64,000 bases of DNA from Candidatus Methylacidiphilales bacterium (GTDB taxonomy: Bacteria > Verrucomicrobiota > Verrucomicrobiia > Methylacidiphilales > CAZTYG01), in contig JANRJG010000041.1 in the NCBI GenBank assembly GCA_033875315.1, positions 64,467-128,466 on the forward strand. Reading direction: 5' to 3'. Positions 35,774 to 46,814 of the stretch are shown in pieces. The notes beneath the pieces are model-generated. The model ran no database searches. It was not told where the DNA came from and worked only from the letters and a program-made list of their open reading frames with translations. Made by a program: the position numbers and the translations under genes. The stretch's first letter is position 1. Every line of letters begins with the position of its first letter.

Positions 35774-36709
35774 CTACACGTTACCGAATTTATTGTTTCG
35801 GATGATCGTGTAGGCTTTGATCAACTCTTGGATGCCCCGGTCCAACGACCACTCCGGCTTGAAGCCCGTGGACGCAATGCGCGCATTGGAAACAATGTAG
35901 TCGCGTTTGTCCGGGTCCTCGCCAATGGGGGCTTCCAGATAGACAAATTGGGGCAGGTATTCCTGGATTTTCGCGCACAATTCCAGTTTGGAAAGATTGG
36001 CATCGTCCAAGCCCACGTTGTACGGCTTGCCCTTCATGGCCTCAAAATTCCGGATGGCATGGGAAAAGACCTTGGCCACATCACGAATGTGGATGTAATT
36101 GCGCTTGAAATGGCCTTCAAAGATCACCACCGCCCGGTCATTCACCGCCCGGTGGACAAAGTCATTCACCAAGAGGTCCAACCGCATCCGGGGCGACGCC
36201 CCGAAAACGGTCGCCAGGCGGAAGCTCAAACCGTTCGGCCGTTCCAAGACCGCAGCCTCGGCCTCACATTTGCTGGTGCCGTAGAGTGAAATCGGACGCA
36301 GGGGTGTTTCTTCCGTGCAGAATTTCCCTTTTTCTCCAATGCCATAACCGCTGTTGGTGACAGGGACAAGGATCCACTGCGATGGGCTGGCCAGACGGCA
36401 CAACATTTTCACCGCATCGGCATTGGTGGATTGGGCCGCCAGCTTGTCCAGCTTGCACATGGGCGCCCCCACCAAGGCGGCAAGAGGAATGACGATGTCT
36501 GCCTTGGCCAGGAGAGGCTTGACGATGGATTCGTCGCGACAATCGCCACGGACGACCTCGAAAATCGGATTCTGAACACAATCAAGCAGGGGAGCCTGAC
36601 CGAACAGGAAGCTGTCCAGAACGGTCACATGGTGACCTTCGGACAAGAGCGAGGGAACGAGAACGGAACCGATGTAACCGGCTCCACCGGTGATGAGAAT
36701 ATGAGCCAT
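35774..36709 (-). CDS. NAD-dependent epimerase/dehydratase (SDR)
   Basis: ILITGGAGYIGSVLVPSLL, YGTSKCEAE. Confidence 0.8.
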   Translation of the reverse strand: MAHILITGGAGYIGSVLVPSLLSEGHHVTVLDSFLFGQAPLLDCVQNPIFEVVRGDCRDESIVKPLLAKADIVIPLAALVGAPMCKLDKLAAQSTNADAVKMLCRLASPSQWILVPVTNSGYGIGEKGKFCTEETPLRPISLYGTSKCEAEAAVLERPNGLSFRLATVFGASPRMRLDLLVNDFVHRAVNDRAVVIFEGHFKRNYIHIRDVAKVFSHAIRNFEAMKGKPYNVGLDDANLSKLELCAKIQEYLPQFVYLEAPIGEDPDKRDYIVSNARIASTGFKPEWSLDRGIQELIKAYTIIRNNKFGNV

Positions 36710-36864
36710 GGCGGGCTTAAAAATACCCGGGATGATGAAGCCTCGGCAAGGATCGTTTTATCCCAAGGCTTGCTCTACTCTTCCAAATTATACATTCCCG
36801 ATGTAAGAAGTTGTTTGTTTTCAGGACTGGTGTGTGACACGGAAATAACAGAAACCCACATTTT

Positions 36865-39006
36865 ATGCCCAGCTTAACTATTCCCAAAAAAACCCTTCAA
36901 CTGGCCTGGGTGCCCTGGGTGCTTATGTCCGCCCTCCTATTGCTGGCCGTCTCGCTGCAACGGGGGATCGTATTGGATTTTCTGGGCACAGACGGAGATC
37001 TCCAAAACTGGAATCCGGTCCACCGGTTGATCCAAGGTCAAAGGATCGGTGCTGATTTCGATCCCTACTTGGGCTGGCTGCTCAGTTACGTCATGTTCCT
37101 CGTCACACTAGTCTTCGGCCCAAACTTCGCCGGATCGAAGATTGCCGCGTATTTGTTGAGTAGCGGAAGCTTTGTCTTTATCGCTGCACTCGGTCTCTAT
37201 TGGGGCGGAATGCGCCTGCGGACGAGCTTGTTTTATCCCACGCTTTTGGTCTTTCTCTATTCGCTGCCGGACGTACAAATCATCATCTACCGATTGCTTG
37301 AAATGTCCCCAGCGCCTTCAGGTGCGAAACCCCTGCGCCTTCTTTTATCCCATCTGACCTACATTGACCCGGGAACTTCACTCCGCACCGTGCGACCCGT
37401 CTGTTTGTTTGTATCGTTCGCCCTGCTGATTGGTTTGGAATCGCACCTGCATCGGTCAAACGGGAAGAGCAGACCTCTGATGGTCGCGCTTGCGGGAGGA
37501 GTGCTGGCCGGGTTCTGTGCGCTCTGGTCAACGGATTACGGTCTACCCGCCTCATTGGCCACCCTCGCACTTACAGTATTGCTTGCACAATACCGGAGCC
37601 CGATCTTCCCGGACTTCAAGTCCGTTTTCCTAACAGGAATCCTGGGCGCATCAACGGCTTTCACGACCTTCTATCTGGCATCCTTCAGCTTATCCGGACG
37701 ATGGGATGCTCCATTGATTTATTTCGGCTATCTCAAGGACATCTCCGAGACATCATACTGGTATTTCGATGTGTCTGCCAAAAAAGCTTACTCTTGGAAC
37801 ACGCTCCATTGGGCGCGTATCACTTTGGAATGCGGGGCCTGCGCGCTTTCGCTCTACTTATTTCTTAAGAAGAAAAAAATTACTTTCCTGGCCACGTCAC
37901 TGGCTCTGGCCTGCTTGGTTACATCCGGCACCCTTGCCTCTATCGTCAATGTCAACCAAGTGGACAATTTCAGGGACAGCATCCTATTCGGTTTTTTTTG
38001 GGTAGCCGGCCTGGGAATTCATCATTTTACCACCGCGCTCCAAAAGCGCCTCCCAGTTCATCCTGCCCCCGAATGGCCCCATCGGATTATGGCTATTGTT
38101 ATGGCAGTAATCGTCTCCCTTTCCTGGACGGAATGGTGGCACCTGCACAAGGGAGTCGATGCCAGACTGCTTTTGGCGAACAGCAGCCCGGCCCCCACCC
38201 ATCCCGCAAAAATGACCGAATTCTGGCATTCCCGATACCGGGCCCCCCTTATCAGCGTGCCGGAATTGGGCGGCTACCTTTCGACGGCTTTCACCTCTGA
38301 CGTCAAAATTGCCCGCTCTCTTCGGGATACTGAAAATGTGAAGTCCCTTTGGTGCAGTTACGGAGGATTTTATGATACCCTGATCGGCACGCGCAATTCA
38401 TTGCGGACCGATTACCTCATCCATGCCTTGGGCCCAAAAAATGAGGAGAGGGTCATTTCACACCTCATCCAACATCCCCCCGATCGCATCATTACGATCA
38501 ATCCCGCTTATATTGCCTTCGAAAGCTGGCTGCGTGCGCAGAACTGGCACGTCTACGAAACCCTCCTGCTGGAGGGTTATGAAAAAGTTAAGGAAACCGG
38601 CATGGTCTTTGTTTGGAAAAAAAACAATGTTTCCCAGGCTGAGATTATTCCGGGCGGAGAAGCTGCCGTGCGGCAGATTTCACCAACCGAATCGCTTGTC
38701 AACATGCCCCAAGCCGACCGCGAGCGCCTCATGTTGAGGCGAACTCCGCTCTCGAAACCCTTTTACATACTCTTCGATATTGAATACAGCGCACTACCTA
38801 AACACCATCTACTCCTCAAAACCCACGCCCAAGTAGAACCGACTGAAAGCAACATGGGTTTCGGACTCGAAACCGGATCACACGTGAAGCGAAGAATACC
38901 CTTTCTTTACCACGAACTGACAAACCCGGAAATCAGGCTGAAAGTCCGGCCTTCGGACTCAAAACTTACCATACACTCGGCAACGTGGTCCTTACTGACT
39001 TATTGA
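36865..39006 (+). CDS. large hypothetical membrane protein (polytopic N-terminal ~420 aa + soluble C-terminal domain)
   Basis: 713 aa, coding-like, more AT-rich than its neighbours. No family recognised. The topology is compatible with a GT-C-type or polymerase-type enzyme. Confidence 0.5.
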   Translation: MPSLTIPKKTLQLAWVPWVLMSALLLLAVSLQRGIVLDFLGTDGDLQNWNPVHRLIQGQRIGADFDPYLGWLLSYVMFLVTLVFGPNFAGSKIAAYLLSSGSFVFIAALGLYWGGMRLRTSLFYPTLLVFLYSLPDVQIIIYRLLEMSPAPSGAKPLRLLLSHLTYIDPGTSLRTVRPVCLFVSFALLIGLESHLHRSNGKSRPLMVALAGGVLAGFCALWSTDYGLPASLATLALTVLLAQYRSPIFPDFKSVFLTGILGASTAFTTFYLASFSLSGRWDAPLIYFGYLKDISETSYWYFDVSAKKAYSWNTLHWARITLECGACALSLYLFLKKKKITFLATSLALACLVTSGTLASIVNVNQVDNFRDSILFGFFWVAGLGIHHFTTALQKRLPVHPAPEWPHRIMAIVMAVIVSLSWTEWWHLHKGVDARLLLANSSPAPTHPAKMTEFWHSRYRAPLISVPELGGYLSTAFTSDVKIARSLRDTENVKSLWCSYGGFYDTLIGTRNSLRTDYLIHALGPKNEERVISHLIQHPPDRIITINPAYIAFESWLRAQNWHVYETLLLEGYEKVKETGMVFVWKKNNVSQAEIIPGGEAAVRQISPTESLVNMPQADRERLMLRRTPLSKPFYILFDIEYSALPKHHLLLKTHAQVEPTESNMGFGLETGSHVKRRIPFLYHELTNPEIRLKVRPSDSKLTIHSATWSLLTY

Positions 39007-39019
39007 TCCACCGAACCCT

Positions 39020-40165
39020 TCATGGACACGCATGTTGTTTTTTTAGAAAAGACAAATACTGCGAAAGTGAGGAAGCCGGGTTTACCGCCGCCAACAAACC
39101 TTCGCGTGCACTGAAAAACTCCTTCCAGTCCAAGTCGCTCCAGGCACATATTCGGGCGATGGCCGCGGACAGTGTTCCCCTGTCCCCATAGTCGAACAAT
39201 TCTCCCAGTTTGCCAAATCTGGCGAAACACTCAATGCCGTCCGGGAAGCGCGAGGACACCACTGGCAGTCCACACGCAATTGATTGCAAAAAAAGCGCAC
39301 TCATTGCCGGGAATGTCCCCGCGTAAGCGATCAGACTGGCATCAGCCCGGGCGAACAGCTCAAGCCAAGCCCCACCAGTGAAGTATCCGGATATGCCCGT
39401 CAACTTGACCGATGGGCATGTCGCCAATCGATCCCGCAATGGCTGGAGCTTTTCAGCATTGAGTTCGGGATCATGGATGATGATCTCGTTGAGACCGGCA
39501 AAATCCTCCAAACGTTCCAAATGGCCCACCGGTGAGCGCCTCGCATTGTCCCATCCCGTGGCCAATAATCTGCGAATTTTTCGCTCAGTAATCTTTTCAG
39601 GGCCGGGCAAGGCGATGAATTCAGGAATGCAGACCGTAGCCCCAGGACCCACTGACTGATCAAATGTCGTTTGCATCAATTCATTAAAGCAAACCAATCG
39701 CCCTCCATTACGCACCAAGCATTTCCATGCAAGAGCTCGCCTCCGAACAATCCCCCATCCCCCGGAAACAGGGAAAAGTCCCGGGTGGATCATGCGCTGT
39801 AGGTAGGCAGCCGGAGGATGACAAAAAAAGGAGGCGAATACGGGACCGTAAGGTCCGGATGAAGTCATGCCGATGACCCCCATTTTTCCGCTACGAGAAG
39901 CGATAAATGCCGTGAGATAGACCCAAAACTCAATATACAAAGTGGTGAGTTTTCGAGGTATCCATCCGGCCACGTGCCGCACAAAAGACGGAGGACACAC
40001 GTAATCATCGAGAACAACATCCGGTGGCGGTGTTTCCGCCCAACCCACCAAGGTCACGCCGACTCCAAGCTCACGCAGACTTACCGCAGCAAGGAGTATT
40101 TTTTCCCGCATATGTCCGGACAAATGATGTCCGCCCGGCTCCACAAGGATCAGTTTCACCAACAC
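39020..40165 (-). CDS. GT1/GT4-like glycosyltransferase (divergent)
   Basis: C-terminal AYAGTFPAMSALFLQSIACGLPVVSSRFPDGIECF resembles the GT1 donor-binding region. The N-terminal half is divergent. Confidence 0.5.
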   Translation of the reverse strand: MLVKLILVEPGGHHLSGHMREKILLAAVSLRELGVGVTLVGWAETPPPDVVLDDYVCPPSFVRHVAGWIPRKLTTLYIEFWVYLTAFIASRSGKMGVIGMTSSGPYGPVFASFFCHPPAAYLQRMIHPGLFPVSGGWGIVRRRALAWKCLVRNGGRLVCFNELMQTTFDQSVGPGATVCIPEFIALPGPEKITERKIRRLLATGWDNARRSPVGHLERLEDFAGLNEIIIHDPELNAEKLQPLRDRLATCPSVKLTGISGYFTGGAWLELFARADASLIAYAGTFPAMSALFLQSIACGLPVVSSRFPDGIECFARFGKLGELFDYGDRGTLSAAIARICAWSDLDWKEFFSAREGLLAAVNPASSLSQYLSFLKKQHACP

Positions 40166-40207
40166 TCCCGCTTGCCTTCCGAAGCCGACAAGTCGCTTGC
40201 CACTTTA

Positions 40208-40993
40208 TCACAGGAGAGGATCATATTTACCCCTAACTGCATCAAAGAGCGTCTTCAAGACCAACCAATTCCCTTTCAGTCCGCTTATTTTGGTGGGGGT
40301 TTTCCCGTGCCGGGGATAAACCCGGCTGACGGGCGTTTCCACGCACCGGAACCCCAATCTTGCCGCACGGATGGCCAGGTAGTAGTGCAGTTCATACGAG
40401 ACAAAACAGTCCCGGAAAGGCCGCACCCGCTCATCCACCAAGAACTTCCGGCTGTAGGCTCGGAAGCCATTGGTGGTGTCGGTGTAACGAAACCTTGCGG
40501 CCAGGCTGATCAATGGGGCATGGAGCAGTTGGACCCCCCAGTGCCGCAGGAATGGTGTGTTCTCATGATGTCCCCCGGCAATGTACCGCGATCCCTGGAC
40601 GTGGTCATATCCGGCTTCCAATAATTTGATAAATTGGGGGATGGCCCCGATCCCATCCTTTCCATTCCCATCAATGGTCACCACGCCCTCATAACCCTGC
40701 TGCAGGCACCAAGCCAAGCCCATCCGCATTTGGGCGCTCAATCTCCCCGGGCCGGTTTTGACCAAAAGCGCCGTCACGCCGGCCTCCTCCAGGATGTCTC
40801 CGTCAAAGGACCCGTCCGTGCTCCCCCCATCGGCAATCACGACATCCACCCCGTCGGTCAGGGGCTTCATGCGCTGAAGCTGCGCCCTCACACGTTCACC
40901 TTCATTGATGACAAAGACACACACCGCATAGCGGTTGCGCCCGGGCTTCCCCCACGCCACCTGGTAGGTCGGCACTTGCCAGGCGGGGTTCAT
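40208..40993 (-). CDS. GT2 glycosyltransferase
   Basis: VCVFVINEGERVRAQL..., VVIADGGSTDGS, IDGNGKD. Confidence 0.75.
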   Translation of the reverse strand: MNPAWQVPTYQVAWGKPGRNRYAVCVFVINEGERVRAQLQRMKPLTDGVDVVIADGGSTDGSFDGDILEEAGVTALLVKTGPGRLSAQMRMGLAWCLQQGYEGVVTIDGNGKDGIGAIPQFIKLLEAGYDHVQGSRYIAGGHHENTPFLRHWGVQLLHAPLISLAARFRYTDTTNGFRAYSRKFLVDERVRPFRDCFVSYELHYYLAIRAARLGFRCVETPVSRVYPRHGKTPTKISGLKGNWLVLKTLFDAVRGKYDPLL

Positions 40994-41976
40994 ATTGCCT
41001 TGGCCTCGTTCAGGATATTCTTTTCGATCGAAGTTTCCAGGAGCACGGAGCTGGTCTGCTCGGCGGCCACGTAATACAGGGGCCGCTCCTGGGTTTCTTC
41101 CAAAATCCGTCCCACATATTCACACAGCACGGCGAGGATCAGGAACAGGAAAAAAAACATCCCGGTCATCTGCATGGAGAGCGTGGTCCATCCCCGGGCC
41201 ACATCGGGTTTCAAAAAATAGATGGCCACAATGTATCCCGCATAGAGGACATTCAATACGCTCATGAGCAGACCCAACCGGCTTACCACGCGCAGGGGAT
41301 GGCGGGATTGGGCAATGACAATCTCTATGGCGTGTTCCACCCGTTCCTGCAACCCGCCCCGGCTTTGGTTGACTGCCGTCCTCGGCTGGTAGGTGAAGCA
41401 CTCCTGCTGGTACCCCAAGGTGGCGGCAAAAATCCGCAGGTATCGCCGACGATCCCGGATGCGGGTGACGGCATTGACCGCCTGGCGGCTGAGGACGCGG
41501 AAATCGGTGGAGTTTTCCCGATAATCGATATCCAACACCTTCCGACAATAGGTGTGAAAGAGTCGCGTGGCCCAGGCGGTCAGCAGACCGGACTTTTCAG
41601 GCTCACTGGATATCCCGCAGAGCACACCGCTGCCCAAACGACAGCGCGCCACCAGGTCCGGAATCATGGCCGGCGGATCGGTCAGGGCATCCATGACCAC
41701 GACAAAATCCCCAATGGCGGTTTCCAAGCCGGCCGCCGTGGCAATCTCCCGCCCGTAGGGCCGCGAAAGCTGGAGGAAGCGGACGCGCTCCTGCACGCGC
41801 AGCAATTCCGCCACCACCCTGGGCGTGCGATCGGTGGAGCCATCGTCCACCAGGATGATTTCGTAGAAGTAATAGGCCTCTTTCAGAACCCCGGCCAACT
41901 CCCCGAGAAAGGCAGGCAGTATCTCCGCCCCATTTCTCAGGGGCACAACCACCGAAACAACCAGGCTTTTATCCAT
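40990..41976 (-). CDS. GT2 polyprenyl-phosphate glycosyltransferase (GtrB/ArnC-like, C-terminal TM helices)
   Basis: VSVVVPLRNGAEIL..., IILVDDGSTDRT, two C-terminal hydrophobic helices. Confidence 0.8.
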   Translation of the reverse strand: MDKSLVVSVVVPLRNGAEILPAFLGELAGVLKEAYYFYEIILVDDGSTDRTPRVVAELLRVQERVRFLQLSRPYGREIATAAGLETAIGDFVVVMDALTDPPAMIPDLVARCRLGSGVLCGISSEPEKSGLLTAWATRLFHTYCRKVLDIDYRENSTDFRVLSRQAVNAVTRIRDRRRYLRIFAATLGYQQECFTYQPRTAVNQSRGGLQERVEHAIEIVIAQSRHPLRVVSRLGLLMSVLNVLYAGYIVAIYFLKPDVARGWTTLSMQMTGMFFFLFLILAVLCEYVGRILEETQERPLYYVAAEQTSSVLLETSIEKNILNEAKAI

Positions 41977-41997
41977 AATCCGTTTCTTTCTCTCTGT

Positions 41998-43146
41998 TTA
42001 CATTCCCAACCCCAAGGCCGCCAGTTCTTGGGGGATGTCGTAGATGTTGTCCAATTTCCCCCCCATGAGGCTCACCAAACCGCGCATTTCCGGATCCCTA
42101 TGAAAGAGGATCGGCCGACCATCGTCGAGTTCGCTTTGCGGGAGGACGGTCTTCACCTCCCACAACGACCCCTCCTGACGACACTTGGACATGGCAGGAA
42201 GGTAGCGGGCGGCATCGCGGATCATGAGGGGACCGTCGGTGCTTTTGACTGCACGGTCAAAATGTTCATACGCGTCCTGCCAGGCTTCCGTTCCGCTTTG
42301 CGAGCCTCCTTCCTTCCAAGCATGGTGCGGGGTGTAGCGCACGTGGCTCAGGGTCCAAAGTCCGCGGTCGGGAAAAGGCATCAAGGAAAAAAACGGACCA
42401 CACATGACCGTGACCGCCAGATTTTGCAATTCCTGCGGAGGCTGGACCAGTGCCATCTCGGTCAATTCGTGTTTGAGGGGAAGGAGGGGCAGTCCGGAAT
42501 GGTACCGCAGCCGATTCAGTCCGCTGTAGGTGCAATTGAATACCCAAGGGGTTCCGTACAAACGCCGACCCCCATTGGTTTCCACGGCCAATTCCATCGC
42601 CCCATCAGCTCTATGGGTCAGGCACCGGGCGTCGGCCTCAAAATAAAACTCGACCCCCGCCTCCTCCAAGCGCTTCCGCATGGTGAGGCGTAGCTTGCCG
42701 GCATCAAAGGCCACTTCCCGGACTTTCCAGACTTTCTCAATCAACGGCGAGCTGAACAAGCGGGAGACGCGTTCTGGGGCTGGTTGTAGGGGAGCCCCGA
42801 CCCGGGCCATGAAGGTTTCAAACTGGTCCGCCGTCACCTTTCCGAGCACGCGGCCCACGGCGTAGTATTTGTCGAAATCCTCGACAATTGATTCCGGGAA
42901 ATCCTGGAGGAAGTGGGGAAAGTTGACCCGGGAGCGGACGGCGGTCATGAGGCTGCGCGGATAATGGTAGCCATTGTGAACGCGTGCTTGGTTGTGGTAG
43001 GAGGCCCGGAGCATGAAATCCGGACCACGCTCCAGGATCACCGGCGAAAGACCCCGCGCCTTGAGCAACAAGGCCAGATACATGCCAAAAAATCCCCCGC
43101 CCACAACCACGGCATCGGCAGACTGCGTCATACGGGGAGTTTCCAT
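41998..43146 (-). CDS. FAD-dependent oxidoreductase (DAO-type)
   Basis: DAVVVGGGFFGMYLALLLKARG (dinucleotide fold). Confidence 0.72.
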   Translation of the reverse strand: METPRMTQSADAVVVGGGFFGMYLALLLKARGLSPVILERGPDFMLRASYHNQARVHNGYHYPRSLMTAVRSRVNFPHFLQDFPESIVEDFDKYYAVGRVLGKVTADQFETFMARVGAPLQPAPERVSRLFSSPLIEKVWKVREVAFDAGKLRLTMRKRLEEAGVEFYFEADARCLTHRADGAMELAVETNGGRRLYGTPWVFNCTYSGLNRLRYHSGLPLLPLKHELTEMALVQPPQELQNLAVTVMCGPFFSLMPFPDRGLWTLSHVRYTPHHAWKEGGSQSGTEAWQDAYEHFDRAVKSTDGPLMIRDAARYLPAMSKCRQEGSLWEVKTVLPQSELDDGRPILFHRDPEMRGLVSLMGGKLDNIYDIPQELAALGLGM

Positions 43147-43164
43147 GAAAAGGGCCTGGCTGGT

Positions 43165-43986
43165 TCAGGGCAGGTAGATACGGCTCACGTGTTCCACGGC
43201 CTCCCGCACGGATTCCAAGCCGGCCGGCTGTCGCTTCATTTCAATCGAAAGGGTGCCCGCGTAACCGATCTGTTCCAGGCAACGCGCCACTTTGGCATGC
43301 CCCTCCCAAGGAGATGCAAATCCATCCAGGTTGGCCTCACTGACGTGAACCGATCCGACCCAGGGCGCGTGTTCAAGGATGGTTTCGGGAAGCTTTTCCG
43401 CATTCATCGCCAGTTCACCGGCATCGAGATGCCATCGGAAACCCGGTGAATCCACTTCGCGCACCAACCCCACCGTGTCTGCGACATGGGTGCAGAAATT
43501 GCAGCCGTAGGAAGCGGGATTGGCTTCCATCCCGAATACCACCCCCAGGCCGGCGGCCTCACGGCCCAACTCACGGAAAAAATCCACCGCCTCCCGTCGG
43601 GCCGAAGACGCGTCCAACGAATCGGGAACCCAACGATTCTTGGGGGCACCAAATACCAGATAACGCCCTCCCACCATGGCACACACCCGTGCCAATCCCT
43701 TCAAGTGTTCCATCAGCCTGGGTCGTGTTTGATCATCAAAAAGCAATAGTTCGCTTTTTTGATAGAGGATGGCTTGGAATCCAGAAACCGAAAGCCCACG
43801 CGCGACAATTGGCCCCAGGGCTTGGCGCACCTCCACATCCGTGGCCTCCGCTGGCTGCGGCCAAAGACGCCCGGGGGCACATTCCACCTGGCTTACTCCG
43901 AGTTTCCCCAAAAGGTCATAGGCCGGAAGATCCTCCTCCGGAGACCAGGCGATATTGGAAAAGGCCAGACAGGGCTGGGGTTTCAT
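43165..43986 (-). CDS. sugar phosphate isomerase/epimerase (xylose-isomerase-like TIM barrel)
   Basis: General fold-level resemblance (FSNIAW..., LVFGAPKNR, HLDAGE). ATG 43986 forms an ATGA overlap. Confidence 0.65.
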   Translation of the reverse strand: MKPQPCLAFSNIAWSPEEDLPAYDLLGKLGVSQVECAPGRLWPQPAEATDVEVRQALGPIVARGLSVSGFQAILYQKSELLLFDDQTRPRLMEHLKGLARVCAMVGGRYLVFGAPKNRWVPDSLDASSARREAVDFFRELGREAAGLGVVFGMEANPASYGCNFCTHVADTVGLVREVDSPGFRWHLDAGELAMNAEKLPETILEHAPWVGSVHVSEANLDGFASPWEGHAKVARCLEQIGYAGTLSIEMKRQPAGLESVREAVEHVSRIYLP

Positions 43987-44771
43987 GAGTTTGAAGACAC
44001 AGAACGCACGCCGTGCCGTCCCAGAAAAACTTCCAACTGACCGAGCACATCCCCACGGCTGAAAAGATACCCCGGCCGCTTCGATCCCCAAGCGTCGGCA
44101 TACTTGCTGTGCATGTCGTAAGACGCCTTGAACGCGGTTTCCGGCCCCACCTGCTTGTCGGGGAAAAAGCGCCCGATAATTTCACGGGTGCTGACGGGCT
44201 CAGCGGAAAAATTCACCAAAGGAATGCCCATGGCGACAGCTTTGTCGATGTCCGCTTGGATGCGGTCGAGGCTGTAATACTGGTATACCCCGGCGGGGTT
44301 GATCTTGTGCAATTCATGATCGTGAAGGAGATCATGAATGACATTCTTTTTGATCCCCTCTCCGAAAAGGCCGGGAAGACGGACCACCACGTGGGAGGGG
44401 AAAAGGGCGCGGATGGATTGCTCCGCCTCGAAGCGATTCCGTCCATAGGCGTGATTGATCCCGGGGTCGATGGGGGAATCTTCATCAACCCCGGAAGGCT
44501 GGGGGTAGACATCGACCGTCGAAATGAGGACCATGCAACCGGCACGCACCGTGGCCAGAACGTCCAACAAGCGGCGGATGCCTTGGCGGTCTTCTTCGGC
44601 ATGGTCGTTGGCCCACCACTTTTTGGCCTGGATGCCGGCACAGACGACGAGGTCGTAGGACTGACCGGCCATGTCTTCGATGTTCCGGCTGCGAAAAAAG
44701 GCGTCATAGGAACCCTGGGCGGCGAGGTTCGATCCGACGAAGCCGGTGTGTCCGATGAGAGCTCGTTTCAT
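43983..44771 (-). CDS. NAD(P)-dependent oxidoreductase (RmlD/SDR-like)
   Basis: MKRALIGHTGFVGSNL..., YGRNRFEAE. Start at ATG 44771. Confidence 0.62.
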   Translation of the reverse strand: MKRALIGHTGFVGSNLAAQGSYDAFFRSRNIEDMAGQSYDLVVCAGIQAKKWWANDHAEEDRQGIRRLLDVLATVRAGCMVLISTVDVYPQPSGVDEDSPIDPGINHAYGRNRFEAEQSIRALFPSHVVVRLPGLFGEGIKKNVIHDLLHDHELHKINPAGVYQYYSLDRIQADIDKAVAMGIPLVNFSAEPVSTREIIGRFFPDKQVGPETAFKASYDMHSKYADAWGSKRPGYLFSRGDVLGQLEVFLGRHGVRSVSSNS

Positions 44772-44876
44772 GAGGGACACAATTTTTCCACGATGCCCGT
44801 AGAGGGTCACGAGTAATTCTCGGGTAATTTTTCGGAAACAACTATCCGACAGGCCAGAGGCCTTTGAGCAGGCGGG

Positions 44877-46814
44877 TCAAGGAAGCCGTTCCCAGATATC
44901 CCACCAACACGATCCTTCCCTGATTTTGCTCACGACAGGCACCGAAGACCGTAACCGGTAGCGGCCCGAACCGACAGGAGGAGACGCCTCGGACGCATCG
45001 GGTTTTCTCTTGAGCACGACCCAGTCCAACCCATCCATCCCGTCCGAATGGAACCGCACCTGGCGTCTGCCAAAAGGTCGCCAAAGGGATACTTCCGAAT
45101 CATCGCCCGAACCGGCAAAACCGACCACCCGGACCCCGCTTGGCAGGGCTTCGCGCACGGGCGCAAGCGCATCCCACCTCCGCGAGTACACCTCATAGAC
45201 TTGCTTCACTCTCTCCCAGGTTTTCCCTTCGGCGCGGTTCCCCAAGCATTCCCTCACAATGACCTCCACTGGCACGAGGGGACGCGACGGGGTCAGGGCA
45301 AGCGGAATCCAGGCGGTGGCGGCGACCCCCACTCCGCACCAGGAAATCCACCGGCAGTCAGGAACAGGACCGGACAAACGCAACACCGCCGCAATCAGAA
45401 GGGGGTAATAGGGCGCCAGAAGCCTGGCCGTGCATTCGCTCCCCATCTTGGCGGCATAGACCGCAGCCGCCAAAAACCCAGTTAGGCAAACCCCTATCAC
45501 CAGCCAGTCCAGCAGGCCCTTCGATGTCCCGGGCTGTTCCGCCTTCCCGAACCGCCTCCACAATCGAAGACGGGTGGCCATCGCGGTGGCACCAGAAAGC
45601 CCCAGAAACAGGGTCAATCCCAGTCCCAGTCCGGCTCCTTCTTCGTTGGGCAATTCCCCCATGTTCAGGCTCAGGCGGGGAAAGTCCGTTTTCAGTTGCC
45701 CCACCCCCAAAGAGTCCGCCAACCGGTTCACGGGTCCGTTCCACCATGCAGGCAGGGGTAGGAGCGGAGGCTGAAGGCTCCCCACAGCCAGTTGGAGGAC
45801 ATTGCCCGCCACTCCCGCTGCGGGATTATCCAGTTTCATTTTGCCGTTGTTGTCGGGATCTCCACTCCAGTCGCCGACATGAAGATGATTGAGAACAGCC
45901 AGGGGCAGGAATGACACCCCTGCCGCGACCACTCCTAGGCTGACCCAGCGAAGGGGTTGCCGAAATGGTTCTTTCCACAGAGGCAAAAGGGGGAGAAGAC
46001 AGGGCAGAAGCAACGGCAGGTTCGAGGCCTTTGCCCCGGTCAGCAGGGCGGCAGAAAGAACCGACAAGGCCGCGGGAAGAAACACTCCCGGACCCGGGCC
46101 TGCACTCCAGAGATCCCGGGCCATGAATCCGAAATGCAGCGCCGCCAGAACATAGACGACCGCGTAGCTGTCATTTCCCGCGCTCCCGGCCTGCATGGCA
46201 TAGCAATAGCCGGAGGGCAGGAGCCACATCCAAACCCAGGCGGTTTTCCGGCCCAATCCCAAACGCTTGAAAACGGAATAAACCAATCCCGGCATCAGGA
46301 GGTAGGGAATCCAGTTGAGGAGAAAGAATAGGCGGTCGCTCCGGGTGAACTGGAAGAGGGGCATGACCATCCATTCAAAACCGGTTCCACTGTAGTTGAG
46401 GCGGTCGTTCCCGGTCACAATCCAATGCCACCCCCCCTCCCACCACCAATGAAGTATCCGGGGAAAGCGGTAGGTCAGAAAATCGTAGTTGTTGGGATGG
46501 TACAACAGACCTCCCGCCAGTGCGAACAAGGAAGTCACCAACCAAATAAATGGCAGCCAGTTCGGCAACGTACCTGGATTTTTGAGTGCCCGTAAAAAAC
46601 GAAGGCGCCTTGGAAACCAGTCCGCCCCTCCTGCCAAACCCAGATCACGCCGTCTCCAAATGCAACATCCGACGAACCCAGCCAGGAAGCAGGCATACCC
46701 CGGTCGGCTCATCCAACCCGGCAGAGAAAGCAACCAGCCCGTCAGCGTGGCCCAAGCCGAGAAGAGCAACCAGCAAACAGACCCCTTCTCCGTGCCGCCA
46801 AAGACTCGGGTCAT
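44877..46814 (-). CDS. polytopic membrane protein, GT-C (GT39/GT83-like) candidate
   Basis: More than 12 hydrophobic segments. Lies directly downstream of, and ATGA-coupled to, a Ppm1-like GT2 (46811-46814), the usual donor-synthase/GT-C pairing. Confidence 0.55.
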   Translation of the reverse strand: MTRVFGGTEKGSVCWLLFSAWATLTGWLLSLPGWMSRPGYACFLAGFVGCCIWRRRDLGLAGGADWFPRRLRFLRALKNPGTLPNWLPFIWLVTSLFALAGGLLYHPNNYDFLTYRFPRILHWWWEGGWHWIVTGNDRLNYSGTGFEWMVMPLFQFTRSDRLFFLLNWIPYLLMPGLVYSVFKRLGLGRKTAWVWMWLLPSGYCYAMQAGSAGNDSYAVVYVLAALHFGFMARDLWSAGPGPGVFLPAALSVLSAALLTGAKASNLPLLLPCLLPLLPLWKEPFRQPLRWVSLGVVAAGVSFLPLAVLNHLHVGDWSGDPDNNGKMKLDNPAAGVAGNVLQLAVGSLQPPLLPLPAWWNGPVNRLADSLGVGQLKTDFPRLSLNMGELPNEEGAGLGLGLTLFLGLSGATAMATRLRLWRRFGKAEQPGTSKGLLDWLVIGVCLTGFLAAAVYAAKMGSECTARLLAPYYPLLIAAVLRLSGPVPDCRWISWCGVGVAATAWIPLALTPSRPLVPVEVIVRECLGNRAEGKTWERVKQVYEVYSRRWDALAPVREALPSGVRVVGFAGSGDDSEVSLWRPFGRRQVRFHSDGMDGLDWVVLKRKPDASEASPPVGSGRYRLRSSVPVVSKIREGSCWWDIWERLP

